DNA of 64,000 nt, taken from assembly GCA_965203355.1 (NCBI GenBank), contig OZ241889.1:928001-992000 (forward strand), read 5' to 3'. The notes beneath the pieces are model-generated. The model was not told where the DNA came from, made no database searches, and saw only the letters and a program-made list of their open reading frames with translations. Within the stretch, counting starts at the first letter, position 1; each line of letters begins with the position of its first letter. The translations under genes were made by a program, and so were the position numbers. Shown in pieces: positions 47,390 through 57,239 of the stretch. This stretch comes from Candidatus Latescibacterota bacterium. Its GTDB lineage: Bacteria > Latescibacterota > UBA2968 > UBA8231.

Positions 47390-47529
47390 GGTTTGTTGCG
47401 GCGGGATTGTGGGCGATGAATTGTACTTGGCAACATTCTTTCGGGCAAGCGGCGTTGATTGCCGTTGTTGAGCGTCGAGGGCTGCCTTAGTGTATGGGCG
47501 CGTTGGGATTAAAAAAAGAAAGGCTCACT

Positions 47530-48675
47530 GTGGATTACTTGCGTGGCTTGTCTATCGTCGTGATGTGCGTCGGTTTGTTGTGGGGTTGCTCTAACCAGAA
47601 GGCCCGCGAACAGCTCGTCCTAGACGTAGAGCGGCTTGTTTTGGAACACGAGCGGTTTGTCCAAGATGTCGAACGATACCATCAAGAGCGCGAACGGCTG
47701 GCGGGGCGCACGGTTGGGTTGGTTGCCAGCGTCTTTTTCTCTGATGGAGCGGTGGATTTGACCGGGGAAGCCGCACGAATAGCCGAAGATGCCAGCCAGT
47801 TCGCCCCGGAAGCCGAGCGGCTTTATAAAGAAGGTGAACGACTGGCGTGGGAATTGCGGCGTGCCTACGAAAAGCGCGACCAATATGTGCCCGAAGCCGA
47901 GCAGCTTACCCAAGAGCGCAACCGGCTTGCTCAGGACTTGGATCAGATGTACCAGACAGTGGATTTGATAGAGCAAGAGATTTTGCAGAATAATCAAGCG
48001 TTGGATCGTGCCGATCAAGCCCGGAAGCGAGCCTTGGCTCAGGCCAATCAAGCGTTGGCTCGGGCCGATCAAGCCTATGATCGTGCCGAGCAAGCCCGGA
48101 AGCGAGCCTTGGCTCAGGCCAATCAAGCGTTGGCTCGGGCTGAGCAAGCCCGGAACCAAGCCTATGATCGTGCCGAGCAAGTATGGAAGCGAGCCTTGGC
48201 TCAGGCTGAGCAAGCCCGGAATCAAGCGTTGGCTCAGGCCGATCAAGCCCGGAACCAAGCCCGGAAACAGGCCGACCAAGCAGGGTGGAAGCAAGCATTG
48301 GAGCGTTTCGATCAAGCCCGGAATCAAGCGTTGGCTCAGGCTGAGCAAGCCCGGAACCAAGCCACCCAAGCATGGAAGCGAGCGTTGGATCGGGCCGATC
48401 AAGCCTGGAACCAAGCCACCCAAGCATGGAATCAAGCGTTGGATCGGGCCGATCAAGCCCGGAATCAGGTTGAGCAAGCATGGAATCAGGTTGAGCAAGC
48501 CCGGAATCAGGCCACCCAAGCCCGGCAGCAAGCCGCCCAAGCCCGGCAGCAGGTCGTCCAAGCATACAACAGGTTAGACCAAGATCTAGAGCGGGCGTAC
48601 TTGAACTGGAATTGGCTGAGACCGTACTTGGATCGGCTTGTTCGAGATATGGGCTTGCGCGTCCGCATGGATTGA
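47530..48675 (+). CDS. lipoprotein with Ala/Gln-rich coiled-coil repeats
   Basis: Lipobox-like LWGC; 7- and 11-residue repeats (ALAQANQ, ALDRADQARNQ). Confidence 0.75.
   Translation: MDYLRGLSIVVMCVGLLWGCSNQKAREQLVLDVERLVLEHERFVQDVERYHQERERLAGRTVGLVASVFFSDGAVDLTGEAARIAEDASQFAPEAERLYKEGERLAWELRRAYEKRDQYVPEAEQLTQERNRLAQDLDQMYQTVDLIEQEILQNNQALDRADQARKRALAQANQALARADQAYDRAEQARKRALAQANQALARAEQARNQAYDRAEQVWKRALAQAEQARNQALAQADQARNQARKQADQAGWKQALERFDQARNQALAQAEQARNQATQAWKRALDRADQAWNQATQAWNQALDRADQARNQVEQAWNQVEQARNQATQARQQAAQARQQVVQAYNRLDQDLERAYLNWNWLRPYLDRLVRDMGLRVRMD
47995..48562 (+). repeat. intragenic mosaic tandem repeats (21/33-bp units)
   Basis: Recurring CAAGCCCGGAA, CAAGCGTTGG and GCCGATCAAG blocks. 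Confidence 0.9.
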
Positions 48676-48997
48676 ATTTTTAACGTTTCTTTTAATTCGG
48701 TGAAACTTGGGACGATGGGCTTGCGCGTCCGCGTGGATTGAATCGGAGCATTAGTATCCCAAGGCGTGGTAATCTGCGGCAGATATGGGCGGCCTAATTG
48801 AGTTCACGGGCGGCTCTTACGCGCTCATGAGCAGCAGGGGGGCGGCCCATGAGCATGGGGTGCCGGGCGTTGTGGTGGGTCGTGTGGGCGTACTGCTGGC
48901 GGCGGGTGTGTTGAACGCATGGCCAACCGTTCCCACAGATGACGTGCGGGGCGTCTGCATCCCAGCGGGTTAAGCCTCGGCCAGCCGGGACGAATGG

Positions 48998-49198
48998 TCA
49001 GGGCAAGCGCGACAAGATCAGGCCCCCTAGGGCGAGCAGGGTCGTAAGCTGGATTCCGACCAGCCAACGAAAGTCGCGGCGGTGCTCCTGTCGCAGCGCG
49101 TCAATGGCGCGGTCTAACGCATCAAATCGGGCGTTAGTCTGGCGATTTTGCTCGGTCAACTGCTCGGCGATCCCGGCCAGCCGAGTAGGTTCGCTCAT
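48998..49198 (-). CDS. small coiled-coil protein with C-terminal TM helix
   Basis: AAGGA RBS; 'NARFDALDRAIDAL...DFRWLVGIQLTTLLALGGLIL'. Confidence 0.55.
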   Translation of the reverse strand: MSEPTRLAGIAEQLTEQNRQTNARFDALDRAIDALRQEHRRDFRWLVGIQLTTLLALGGLILSRLP

Positions 49199-49279
49199 AG
49201 CGGCATCCTTTCGTTTGTGAGCCAAGAGCTTACAACTTCGGCGTCGTTTGGGAAGAACGTCCCTACCGGCCTCGCGGCC

Positions 49280-49942
49280 TCAGCCCTCGGTGAGGATGCC
49301 TTGGATCATCCCCGCCAAGTCCGTCTGACCAAAAGAGACGTCCCTGAGAATCCCCTTGCGATCTACTAATATGGTAGAAGGCGTTCCGCGCAGAGCGAAC
49401 TTCTCAAACGTCTCGGCCGAATATTCCCTGGCCTTCAGATAGTCCTTCACCCTCTGTGTGATCCGCGTCCGGTAGTGCTCAGGCTGGGCGTCGAAGTCGG
49501 GTACTTGGGGGTAAATCACGTCCATTATCGCTTCGTGGCTGGGCTCGCCAGACAGCCTCGTAAGGTTGTCCATGCCGAGCGGAAACGGGATCTTGTAGGG
49601 CAACCTGTCGCCTTCTTGCAACTGCCCGTTCATTGCAAGTGCGCTCTTGGTCTCCCCGATCACTTGGCCGGTCTCGGCTAGGAGCTTGAGGTTGCCGAGC
49701 GTGTTTTTGTCAAAGTCCTCAAAGGCCGTGGCCAGCCCTAAGACGCGCACCCCGTCATCCTTGTACCTGTGATACGCGCGTATCGCCTCGGGTATGGCAT
49801 ACATGAAGCAGCCGGGACAATTGACTTGGAAGACTTCCAGCACCACGATGTGATCCCGCTCTTGATCGAAATTGGTTGGGTCGCCCTGTACCCAGCTTGA
49901 GACCCCAAAGTTGGGGGCTATCTGTCCTATCTCTACGGCCAT
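49280..49942 (-). CDS. TlpA/AhpC-TSA-like thioredoxin-fold protein
   Basis: FQVNCPGC, LRGTPSTILVDRKG. Confidence 0.85.
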   Translation of the reverse strand: MAVEIGQIAPNFGVSSWVQGDPTNFDQERDHIVVLEVFQVNCPGCFMYAIPEAIRAYHRYKDDGVRVLGLATAFEDFDKNTLGNLKLLAETGQVIGETKSALAMNGQLQEGDRLPYKIPFPLGMDNLTRLSGEPSHEAIMDVIYPQVPDFDAQPEHYRTRITQRVKDYLKAREYSAETFEKFALRGTPSTILVDRKGILRDVSFGQTDLAGMIQGILTEG

Positions 49943-49966
49943 GAGGTGTGGATTCCTTTAGCTGTG

Positions 49967-51649
49967 TTAGGCCCGCGTCAACTGGCGGTAGCGGACCCGC
50001 TGAGGCACGATGGAGTTTTCGCCTAGCCTCGTTTTTTTGTTTTCTTCGTACTCCGAAAAGTTGCCCTCGAACCAATAGACTTGGCTGTCGCCTTCAAAGG
50101 CCAAAATGTGCGTGGCGATGCGGTCCAAAAACCACCTATCGTGGCTGATGACCACCACGCAACCGGCGAAGTTTTCCAACCCCTCCTCTAATGCGCGTAG
50201 TGTATGCACGTCGAGGTCGTTGGTCGGCTCGTCGAGTAGGAACACATTGGCCTGCTCCTTGAGCACCTTGGCTAGATGCAGCCGATTGCGCTGGCCGCCC
50301 GAAAGCGTACCAACCCGCTGCTGCTGGTCGGCACCGAGAAAGTTGAAGCGCGCGAGGTACGCCCGCGAATTTACCTTGCGCTCGCCCAGCTCAATCTCCT
50401 CCTCGCCGCCCGAGACCTCCTGCCAAACGGTGTTTTCGCCCACTAAGGTCTCCCGGCTCTGATCGACGTACCCCAGCCGCACGGTCTCGCCGATGCGGAG
50501 TTGTCCGCTGTCGGCGGTCTCTTGGCCGGTAATCAGCCGGAATAGGGTCGTCTTGCCCGCGCCGTTGGGGCCGATGACGCCGACGATCCCGCCCGAGGGC
50601 AGCGCAAAATCCATGTTCTCGAAGAGAATGCGGTCGCCGTAGCGCTTGCTCACGCCTTTAGCTTCAATGGCGATGTCGCCCAGCCGCGGCCCCGGCGGAA
50701 TGTAGAGCTGCACGGACTCGTTCCGCCGCACCCGGTCTTGGTTTAGCAATTCCTCGTAGGCCCTGATCCTCGCTTTGTTCTTCTGTTGCTTAGCCCTCGG
50801 CGTCATGCGGATCCACGCCAACTCGCGCTCCAGCGTCCGCTGCCTTTCGCTCTCGCTCTTTTCTTCCAGCCGCAGCCGCTCCTGCTTCTGGGCTAGCCAC
50901 GACGAATAATTCCCCTTCCACGGTACGCCGCGTCCCTGATCCAGCTCCAAGATCCAGCCCGCTACCTTGTCGAGGAAATACCGGTCGTGCGTGACGGCGA
51001 TCACCGTCCCTTGGTACTGATGTAAATGCCCCTCCAACCACGCCACGGTCTCGGCGTCGAGGTGGTTGGTCGGCTCGTCGAGGAGCAGAATGTCCGGTTG
51101 GCGGAGCAACAACCGACACAGTGCCACCCGCCGCCGCTCGCCGCCCGAAAGCGTAGCGACCTCTTGGTCTTCGGGCGGGCAGCGCAGCGCGTCCATGGCC
51201 ATGCCCAGCCGACTGTCCAGGTCCCAAGCGCCGGCCGCGTCGAGCCGTTCGGCTACGGAGGCCTGCCGCTCGATCAGGGCGTTCATAGCGTCATCGTCCA
51301 GCGGCTCGGCGAACTGGGCGTTGATGGCTTCGTACTCGCGCAGCAAATCCACGGTCTCCTGTACGCCTTCTTCGACGATTTCCTTGACCGTCTTGCCCTG
51401 CTCCAGCTCGGGCTCCTGCTTTAGGTACCCCACGGTAAATCCCGGCTGGATGCTAATGGTCCCCTCGTAGGCGGAATCCATGCCCGCCATGATCCGCAAC
51501 AGCGTACTCTTCCCCGACCCGTTCAAGCCCAACACGCCGATTTTGGCTCCGTAGAAGTACGACAGTGAAATGTCGGTGATAATCGCCTTCCGGTTGTAGT
51601 GCTTGCTCACTTTGTACATCGAATAGATGATTTTTTCCGCGTCGCTCAT
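49967..51649 (-). CDS. ettA: energy-dependent translational throttle protein EttA
   Basis: Two ABC domains; [46 protein letters not shown]. Confidence 0.95.
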   Translation of the reverse strand: MSDAEKIIYSMYKVSKHYNRKAIITDISLSYFYGAKIGVLGLNGSGKSTLLRIMAGMDSAYEGTISIQPGFTVGYLKQEPELEQGKTVKEIVEEGVQETVDLLREYEAINAQFAEPLDDDAMNALIERQASVAERLDAAGAWDLDSRLGMAMDALRCPPEDQEVATLSGGERRRVALCRLLLRQPDILLLDEPTNHLDAETVAWLEGHLHQYQGTVIAVTHDRYFLDKVAGWILELDQGRGVPWKGNYSSWLAQKQERLRLEEKSESERQRTLERELAWIRMTPRAKQQKNKARIRAYEELLNQDRVRRNESVQLYIPPGPRLGDIAIEAKGVSKRYGDRILFENMDFALPSGGIVGVIGPNGAGKTTLFRLITGQETADSGQLRIGETVRLGYVDQSRETLVGENTVWQEVSGGEEEIELGERKVNSRAYLARFNFLGADQQQRVGTLSGGQRNRLHLAKVLKEQANVFLLDEPTNDLDVHTLRALEEGLENFAGCVVVISHDRWFLDRIATHILAFEGDSQVYWFEGNFSEYEENKKTRLGENSIVPQRVRYRQLTRA

Positions 51650-51650
51650 G

Positions 51651-52586
51651 TCAGCTTAGCCCTTTGTATGCTGTAAATACAATGCCCAAATCCCGTTCCG
51701 CCCGCGCCAAGTTTGAATATGGCTGTCGGCCCGGATCCTGCAAACACCGTAAGAAGTCACGGATCATGCCTTGGTAGCCCATCAAGTCCCTCACGCCCGG
51801 AAAGTAGAGCCGCTTCCGCCGCCCCTGCAACCGCACATATAGCCCATTGCACTCGAAGACGATCCGCCCTTCCGTCCCCAAAATCCGCCCGTGCTGAAAG
51901 GTGCCCTTTGTCAAGCTGAAGGCGTTCCAAGCGTAGCGCAACACCAGTTCGGCCCCAGCCGGGTACTCGACCCGCACTAGCGAACTCCGCTCCGGCGCGC
52001 CCGCTTGGTGGCCGGGAAACTCGGCGGTCACCCGCTGGGGCGCGGCGGCGAAAAGATCGGCTCCGAAGGCCACGAAGTGGATCCCGCCCTCCAGGAGTGC
52101 GCCATAGCCGCTTTTCCACCCCATGGTCTGCTGCGCGAAGCACTTGCCAAGGGTCGCCTGCTGCACTTGACCGATAAAACCTTGGCGGATGATCCACTTG
52201 AGCCGCTTGAGCGAGGGCTTGTAGTAGTAGTTTTCTGCGATCATCAGCAGTGCGTCTCGATGGGCGGCGGCGGCCGCGCCAATGGCCGCTAAATCGTCCT
52301 CTGTGGCGCACAATGGTTTTTCCACTAGCACGCCCTTGCCGGCTGCCAACGCGGCAATGACCTGCGACCGATGGGCATCCGGCGGCGAGCTAATCAGCAC
52401 CGCATCCACCGCGCTGTCGAGCACTTCATCATAGGATGCGAAAATTGGCCCGCCGCCGCACTGGCGGCTGAGGGTTTCTGCGCTAGCCTGTGTGCGGCTG
52501 TGAAAAGACAACTCGACCTTGCCGACGAGGTTTTTCGCGTGCCGGCGACCGATGGTGCCGCAGCCTATTAGACAGACCTTCTTCAT
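51651..52586 (-). CDS. Gfo/Idh/MocA family oxidoreductase
   Basis: IGCGTIG, VLVEKP, GALLEGGIH. Confidence 0.85.
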   Translation of the reverse strand: MKKVCLIGCGTIGRRHAKNLVGKVELSFHSRTQASAETLSRQCGGGPIFASYDEVLDSAVDAVLISSPPDAHRSQVIAALAAGKGVLVEKPLCATEDDLAAIGAAAAAHRDALLMIAENYYYKPSLKRLKWIIRQGFIGQVQQATLGKCFAQQTMGWKSGYGALLEGGIHFVAFGADLFAAAPQRVTAEFPGHQAGAPERSSLVRVEYPAGAELVLRYAWNAFSLTKGTFQHGRILGTEGRIVFECNGLYVRLQGRRKRLYFPGVRDLMGYQGMIRDFLRCLQDPGRQPYSNLARAERDLGIVFTAYKGLS

Positions 52587-54070
52587 TGCTGCTCCAGTAT
52601 CCGCTCGGCGACCCGCAGGGCGTTGGCTGCGATGGTCAAACTTGGATTTACCCCACCCGAAGACGGCATGAAGCTGCCGTCGGACACGTAGAGATTGTCG
52701 CTGCCCCAATAGCGACAGTCCACGTTGAGTACGCCTTCTTCTGGCGCGGTGGCGCAGCGCAGGGTCCCCACGGCGTGCGAGAAGGAATCGATCAAGTAGC
52801 GATAGCGCAGCAAACCGCCCGCTTGGCGCAACACGGCTCCTGCTTTGGCCAGCAGGTAATCGCGGCGGCGACAGTCCGAGTCGCTGTAGGCGTGTTCTAT
52901 TTGCACCAGTTCCATGCCGAAGCGGTCCTGCTCGTCGGACAATGACACGCGGTTGTCGCGGCTCGGATCGTCCTCGGCAATGCAGAGCAAGTTCTGCATA
53001 TAGCCAGTCAGCAACCCGACGAGCGTCTTGAAGCCCCAAGGGCTGTGGTGCCGGATGATGGGGGGAGCCGGCGTGTAGATGTCTTGGATGACGCCCACGG
53101 CCGTGCCCAGCTCCGCACGCAGGTCTTCGTAAAAATCGGAAAAGCAGAGTTGTTTGTGAAACACCTGTTGCGGATTGGTGCGAAAGGGAAAGAGGCCGTT
53201 GGCAATCCCGTTGCAGTGGCGCATGAGAAAGCGCCCGATCAGGGGATGGTCAAATCCCGAGCAGAGCATCAGGGCCGGGCTGTTGAGTGCGCCAGCGGCC
53301 AAGACCACTAAGTCGGCTGAGAGCGCGTGGGCTTGTCGGGAGGTGCTATCTACGTATTCGACTTGCTCGACGCGCCCGCTCCGTTGCACCAGCCGCCGCG
53401 CCACCGCGCCGACGATGATCGTTAGGCCGGCCGCCGCGGCCGCGGCTAGCACGGTGGAAGCCATGTCGTTTTTGGCCTCCACTTTGCAGGGGAATCCGTC
53501 GCAGGTGATGCAGCGCAGGCAGAGGGGCCGGGTGTGATCGGAAAAGTTGATGGCCAGTGGGATCTTGAATGGCCGCAGCCCCAGCGCGGTCCCCGCTTGG
53601 TACATGCGCTGGGCCGGTGCGCTCAGCGCAATGGTGGCGTGCGGATACGCGGTGAGTCCCGGGGGTTCGTGCGGATCCGCGCCTACTTCGCCGTGGACTC
53701 CGAGGAGTTGCTCGGCGCGGGCGTAGTACGGCGCTAGGTCTGCATAGGACAAGGGCCAGCGGGCGAAATCCGCTGGCCGCAGCCGCAGCGACGCCCCGCC
53801 GTAAAAAACCGAGTTGCCGCCGACGACCTCGTTGGGATAGGTGCGCTGGAAGGTGCGGCGTCCGTACTGCTTGACCAAAAGGGGCGAGGCCGTGCGATAG
53901 CGCTTTTGCAGGAGAATGGTGCGCTGGTCCCAGTCCGCGGCGTCGCGCTTGGCCCATTGGCCCCGCTCCAGCAGCGCGGTTTTTAGCCCGGCTTGCACCA
54001 GCGCGTGAGCCACCAGCGCCCCGCCGAACCCGGAGCCGATGACTACGGCGTCATAACGCGCCGCGTTCAT
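52583..54070 (-). CDS. GMC family oxidoreductase
   Basis: IGSGFGG, VGGNSVFYGG, C..C..C.GFPC, HAVGT, NPSLTIAANALR. Confidence 0.9.
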   Translation of the reverse strand: MNAARYDAVVIGSGFGGALVAHALVQAGLKTALLERGQWAKRDAADWDQRTILLQKRYRTASPLLVKQYGRRTFQRTYPNEVVGGNSVFYGGASLRLRPADFARWPLSYADLAPYYARAEQLLGVHGEVGADPHEPPGLTAYPHATIALSAPAQRMYQAGTALGLRPFKIPLAINFSDHTRPLCLRCITCDGFPCKVEAKNDMASTVLAAAAAAGLTIIVGAVARRLVQRSGRVEQVEYVDSTSRQAHALSADLVVLAAGALNSPALMLCSGFDHPLIGRFLMRHCNGIANGLFPFRTNPQQVFHKQLCFSDFYEDLRAELGTAVGVIQDIYTPAPPIIRHHSPWGFKTLVGLLTGYMQNLLCIAEDDPSRDNRVSLSDEQDRFGMELVQIEHAYSDSDCRRRDYLLAKAGAVLRQAGGLLRYRYLIDSFSHAVGTLRCATAPEEGVLNVDCRYWGSDNLYVSDGSFMPSSGGVNPSLTIAANALRVAERILEQQ

Positions 54071-54851
54071 GGGCGTAGAGCGCGGCCAGCCCGGCGATGA
54101 TCGCCAAGGCCGCGTAGTGGAACTTCTCGCGGGTGTCCAATTCGCGCTGGATGCGGGGGAGGTTGGGTTGGAATTTGCCGGACATATTGCGCTGGATGTA
54201 GGTCTTGTAGTACTCGACGGTGAAGCGCTCAAGCCCGCCGTTCATGTAGATGAGAAAACCCAATCCAACTGGGTGTTCGGGATGGCCGAGGAAGTAAAAC
54301 AGCGGACTCAAGGCGGCCAAGACGACGCCAGAGCGCTGGAACTTGAGCCACTTGAATCCCTCAAAGGGCGCGTCTTTGTACGCTCCGCCCAAAGCCACGA
54401 GTAGCCCCGTGCAATATCCGGTTATCAGATAGCCCCAGAAGCTCTTGACGGGCGCGGCGACGAGCAGGAAGGCGAAGACAATGGCGACGATTAGCCCCCC
54501 CGCGCTATAGCGGAGCAGATCGCTGGTGACGGGCCGGCCAAAGAAGGTGATGCGCGAGGGAACGAAGTACTTGTGCTGGTCTTCGGTGCGGAAGAAGCCC
54601 TTGTAGATTTCGGCGAGGAAGCGCTCTAGGCCCATGATCAGGAAGAACATTTGCACGAGGCCAAGGTGCTGGAATTGCGCGCTGAAATACGGGATGAAGT
54701 ACAGCGGCAAAAAGATCGCTACATGGAAGTACATGCTGCGCGGAAAGGTCTTGGGCTTGAAGCCTTCATACGGCGCGTCTTTGAACGCGCCCCACAGACA
54801 GGTGTAGAGGCCGGAGACGAGGGCTGTGATAAACGAAAGGGCGAAAGGCAT
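54051..54851 (-). CDS. membrane protein with internal duplication
   Basis: GAFKDAPYEGFK and GAYKDAPFEGFK; GLERF.xE.YK occurs twice. Confidence 0.75.
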   Translation of the reverse strand: MPFALSFITALVSGLYTCLWGAFKDAPYEGFKPKTFPRSMYFHVAIFLPLYFIPYFSAQFQHLGLVQMFFLIMGLERFLAEIYKGFFRTEDQHKYFVPSRITFFGRPVTSDLLRYSAGGLIVAIVFAFLLVAAPVKSFWGYLITGYCTGLLVALGGAYKDAPFEGFKWLKFQRSGVVLAALSPLFYFLGHPEHPVGLGFLIYMNGGLERFTVEYYKTYIQRNMSGKFQPNLPRIQRELDTREKFHYAALAIIAGLAALYAHERGAL

Positions 54852-55004
54852 GGTTTCGTTGGACGCTTATTTAGCGTGGTCAAAACATCAAATAGTAGGC
54901 TTCCCACTCTAATTCGGCAACCGCCGCGCGTGTTGACCTTAGTTGTGCCAATGGTCAGTTTTGAATGACGGTCCACTGCCCAACTTCAACAAGGAGTTTT
55001 GCCC

Positions 55005-55868
55005 ATGCGGCTCGGCGTCGTCGGCATGTTGCCCCCGGATTTTCGCGCCATTAGCGACCAACACTTAGCGGCCATCAAGGCACTCAACCTCACCGGCGCG
55101 GCCTTTCACGCCCCCGGGGGAAAGCTGGCGGCTGTCACGGCCACCGAGTGCTACAAGGTGCGCGATACCATAGCGGCCGCGGGCCTGGAACTGCCCCAGT
55201 TCGGCATTGGCTTTTCCGAGTGCCTGTTTGATCCGGACGCGGCGGTGCGCGACCGAGTGGTAAGCAAAATTGAGCGCGGCATTGAAGTCGCCCGCGACTT
55301 GGCCGCCCACACCTGTCTGATCCGCACGGGCAGCCTCAACCCAGCCGGTTCGTACGCGCCGTCTCGGGACAATCTCGCGCCCGCGGCGCGCGCCCTGCTC
55401 GTCGAAACCCTCAAGCGCGTGGCCGCCAAAGCCGAGGCCGAAGCCGTCACTATGGTCATTGAGACGCATCTGCTCACCATCATGGGGTCGCCGGCAATAA
55501 ACCGCGACGTGCTGCAAGCCGTTGGCTCCGAGCGCATGACCGTGGTCATGGACTACGTCAATCATTTCCAAAACTTAGACCAAGTGTACAACAGCACCGA
55601 GCGCTTGCAGCACATATTTGAGATTATGAACCCCATCTCCGTCGTCGGCCATTGCAAGGATATCAAGCTGTCCAGCGGCTTGGTGCTCCACATTGACGAG
55701 GAGATACCCGGCGACGGCGAGCTCGATCTCGCCACCGCGCTCAAGCTGTGGCACGACGCCCATCCCGACGGCTACATGCTCCTCGAACACTTGCCCGACG
55801 AGCAATACCCCAGAGCCGCCGCCAATGTCCACGGCATCCTTGCCGAAGCCGGCATTCCCGTGCATTAA
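55005..55868 (+). CDS. sugar phosphate isomerase/epimerase (TIM barrel)
   Basis: IETH, MDYVN, GHCKD, PGDGELD, LLEH. Confidence 0.8.
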   Translation: MRLGVVGMLPPDFRAISDQHLAAIKALNLTGAAFHAPGGKLAAVTATECYKVRDTIAAAGLELPQFGIGFSECLFDPDAAVRDRVVSKIERGIEVARDLAAHTCLIRTGSLNPAGSYAPSRDNLAPAARALLVETLKRVAAKAEAEAVTMVIETHLLTIMGSPAINRDVLQAVGSERMTVVMDYVNHFQNLDQVYNSTERLQHIFEIMNPISVVGHCKDIKLSSGLVLHIDEEIPGDGELDLATALKLWHDAHPDGYMLLEHLPDEQYPRAAANVHGILAEAGIPVH

Positions 55869-55894
55869 ACGCCCATCTAACCAAGGAGAATACT

Positions 55895-57085
55895 GTGATC
55901 AAACCCCATGGCGCAGAAGAACTCAAGCCACTCTACGTCGAAGACGATGCAGTGCGTGCCCAGTTGCTAGCAGAAGCTGATAGCCTGCCGGCTGTAGTCG
56001 TCTCTTCGGCGGCTGCCGCCTCAGCCGTCATGCTCGGATCGGGCTACTTTACCCCGCTTACAGGCTTTATGGATGCGGCCGACGCCAAAAGCGTGGCTGC
56101 CAACATGTGCGCGACCGACGGCCTGCTGTGGCCCACCCCGGTCGTCAATCTGATCCCCGGCGATCAGGTCCCGGCGGGCGTGGCTCCCGGTAGCCGCATC
56201 GCCTTGTTGGATCCCAACGTAGAGGGCAATCCCGTCCTCGCCATCGAGGAAGTGACTTCGGTCGAATCGCTGTCGGATGCGGAACGCGCCGCCATCGTTA
56301 AACAAGTCTTTGGCACGGACGACGACGCCCATCCCGGCGTTGCTGCGTTCAAGGCCGCGGGCGACACCCTCATCGCCGGACCCATCGAGGTGCTCAACTT
56401 TTCGTACTTTCCCGGCGACTTTCCCCAGACCTTCCGCACGGCGGTTGAGTTGCGCGCCGAGATCGCCGAGCGCGGCTGGAACCGAGTGGTGGCGTTCCAG
56501 ACCCGCAACCCCATGCACCGCGCCCACGAAGAGTTGTGCCGTATGGCGCAGCAAGCCGTCGAGGCCGATGGCATTCTCATCCACATGCTGCTGGGCAAGC
56601 TCAAGGCCGGCGACATCCCAGCCGACGTGCGCGACGCCTCCATCCGCAAGATGGTCGAACTCTACTTCCCGCAAAACACGGTTATGATCGCCGGCTATGG
56701 TTTTGACATGCTCTACGCTGGTCCGCGCGAGGCCGTGCTGCACGCCATCTTTCGCCAGAACAGCGGCTGCACCCATCTGATCGTCGGCCGCGACCACGCC
56801 GGCGTTGGCGATTACTACGGCGCGTTTGACGCGCAGACCATTTTTGACGGCATTGCCGACGCCCTCGAAATCGAGATTTTTCGCGGCGATCACACCGTCT
56901 GGTGCAAGGAGTGCAACGAGGTGGTGATGATGCGCGAATGTCGGCACGGGGGCGACGCGTACCTATTCTTGTCGGGGACCCAAGTCCGCGAGATGTTAGC
57001 CGCTGGGGAGGCTTTGCCGCCGGAATTTGCGCGGCCGGAAGTGGCCGAGATCCTGGCGGAGTACTACCAGCGCGAGGCTGTTTGA
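55895..57085 (+). CDS. sat: sulfate adenylyltransferase
   Basis: AFQTRNPMHRAHE, YAGPREAVLHA, IVGRDHAGVG, LSGT.VR; GTG after AAGGAG. Confidence 0.95.
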   Translation: MIKPHGAEELKPLYVEDDAVRAQLLAEADSLPAVVVSSAAAASAVMLGSGYFTPLTGFMDAADAKSVAANMCATDGLLWPTPVVNLIPGDQVPAGVAPGSRIALLDPNVEGNPVLAIEEVTSVESLSDAERAAIVKQVFGTDDDAHPGVAAFKAAGDTLIAGPIEVLNFSYFPGDFPQTFRTAVELRAEIAERGWNRVVAFQTRNPMHRAHEELCRMAQQAVEADGILIHMLLGKLKAGDIPADVRDASIRKMVELYFPQNTVMIAGYGFDMLYAGPREAVLHAIFRQNSGCTHLIVGRDHAGVGDYYGAFDAQTIFDGIADALEIEIFRGDHTVWCKECNEVVMMRECRHGGDAYLFLSGTQVREMLAAGEALPPEFARPEVAEILAEYYQREAV

Positions 57086-57239
57086 GCAAAGTGCAGACTG
57101 TATTTTGCACGTTTTTGAGGTGCTAAATGCAGATACCTTATGTCTATCGCACCGGAGACGATAAGGCCCGCGTCTTCAACCCTACGCTCGCTGACCAGAT
57201 CCGCCGTCCGCCTACCCCACGTATAGAAAGGACCTCCTT

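Noticed and set aside
47620-48577. Long Leu/Gly/Pro-rich ORFs in other frames and on the minus strand
   Set aside because: They are shadows of the tandem repeats in the lipoprotein gene, which has the signal peptide and lipobox.
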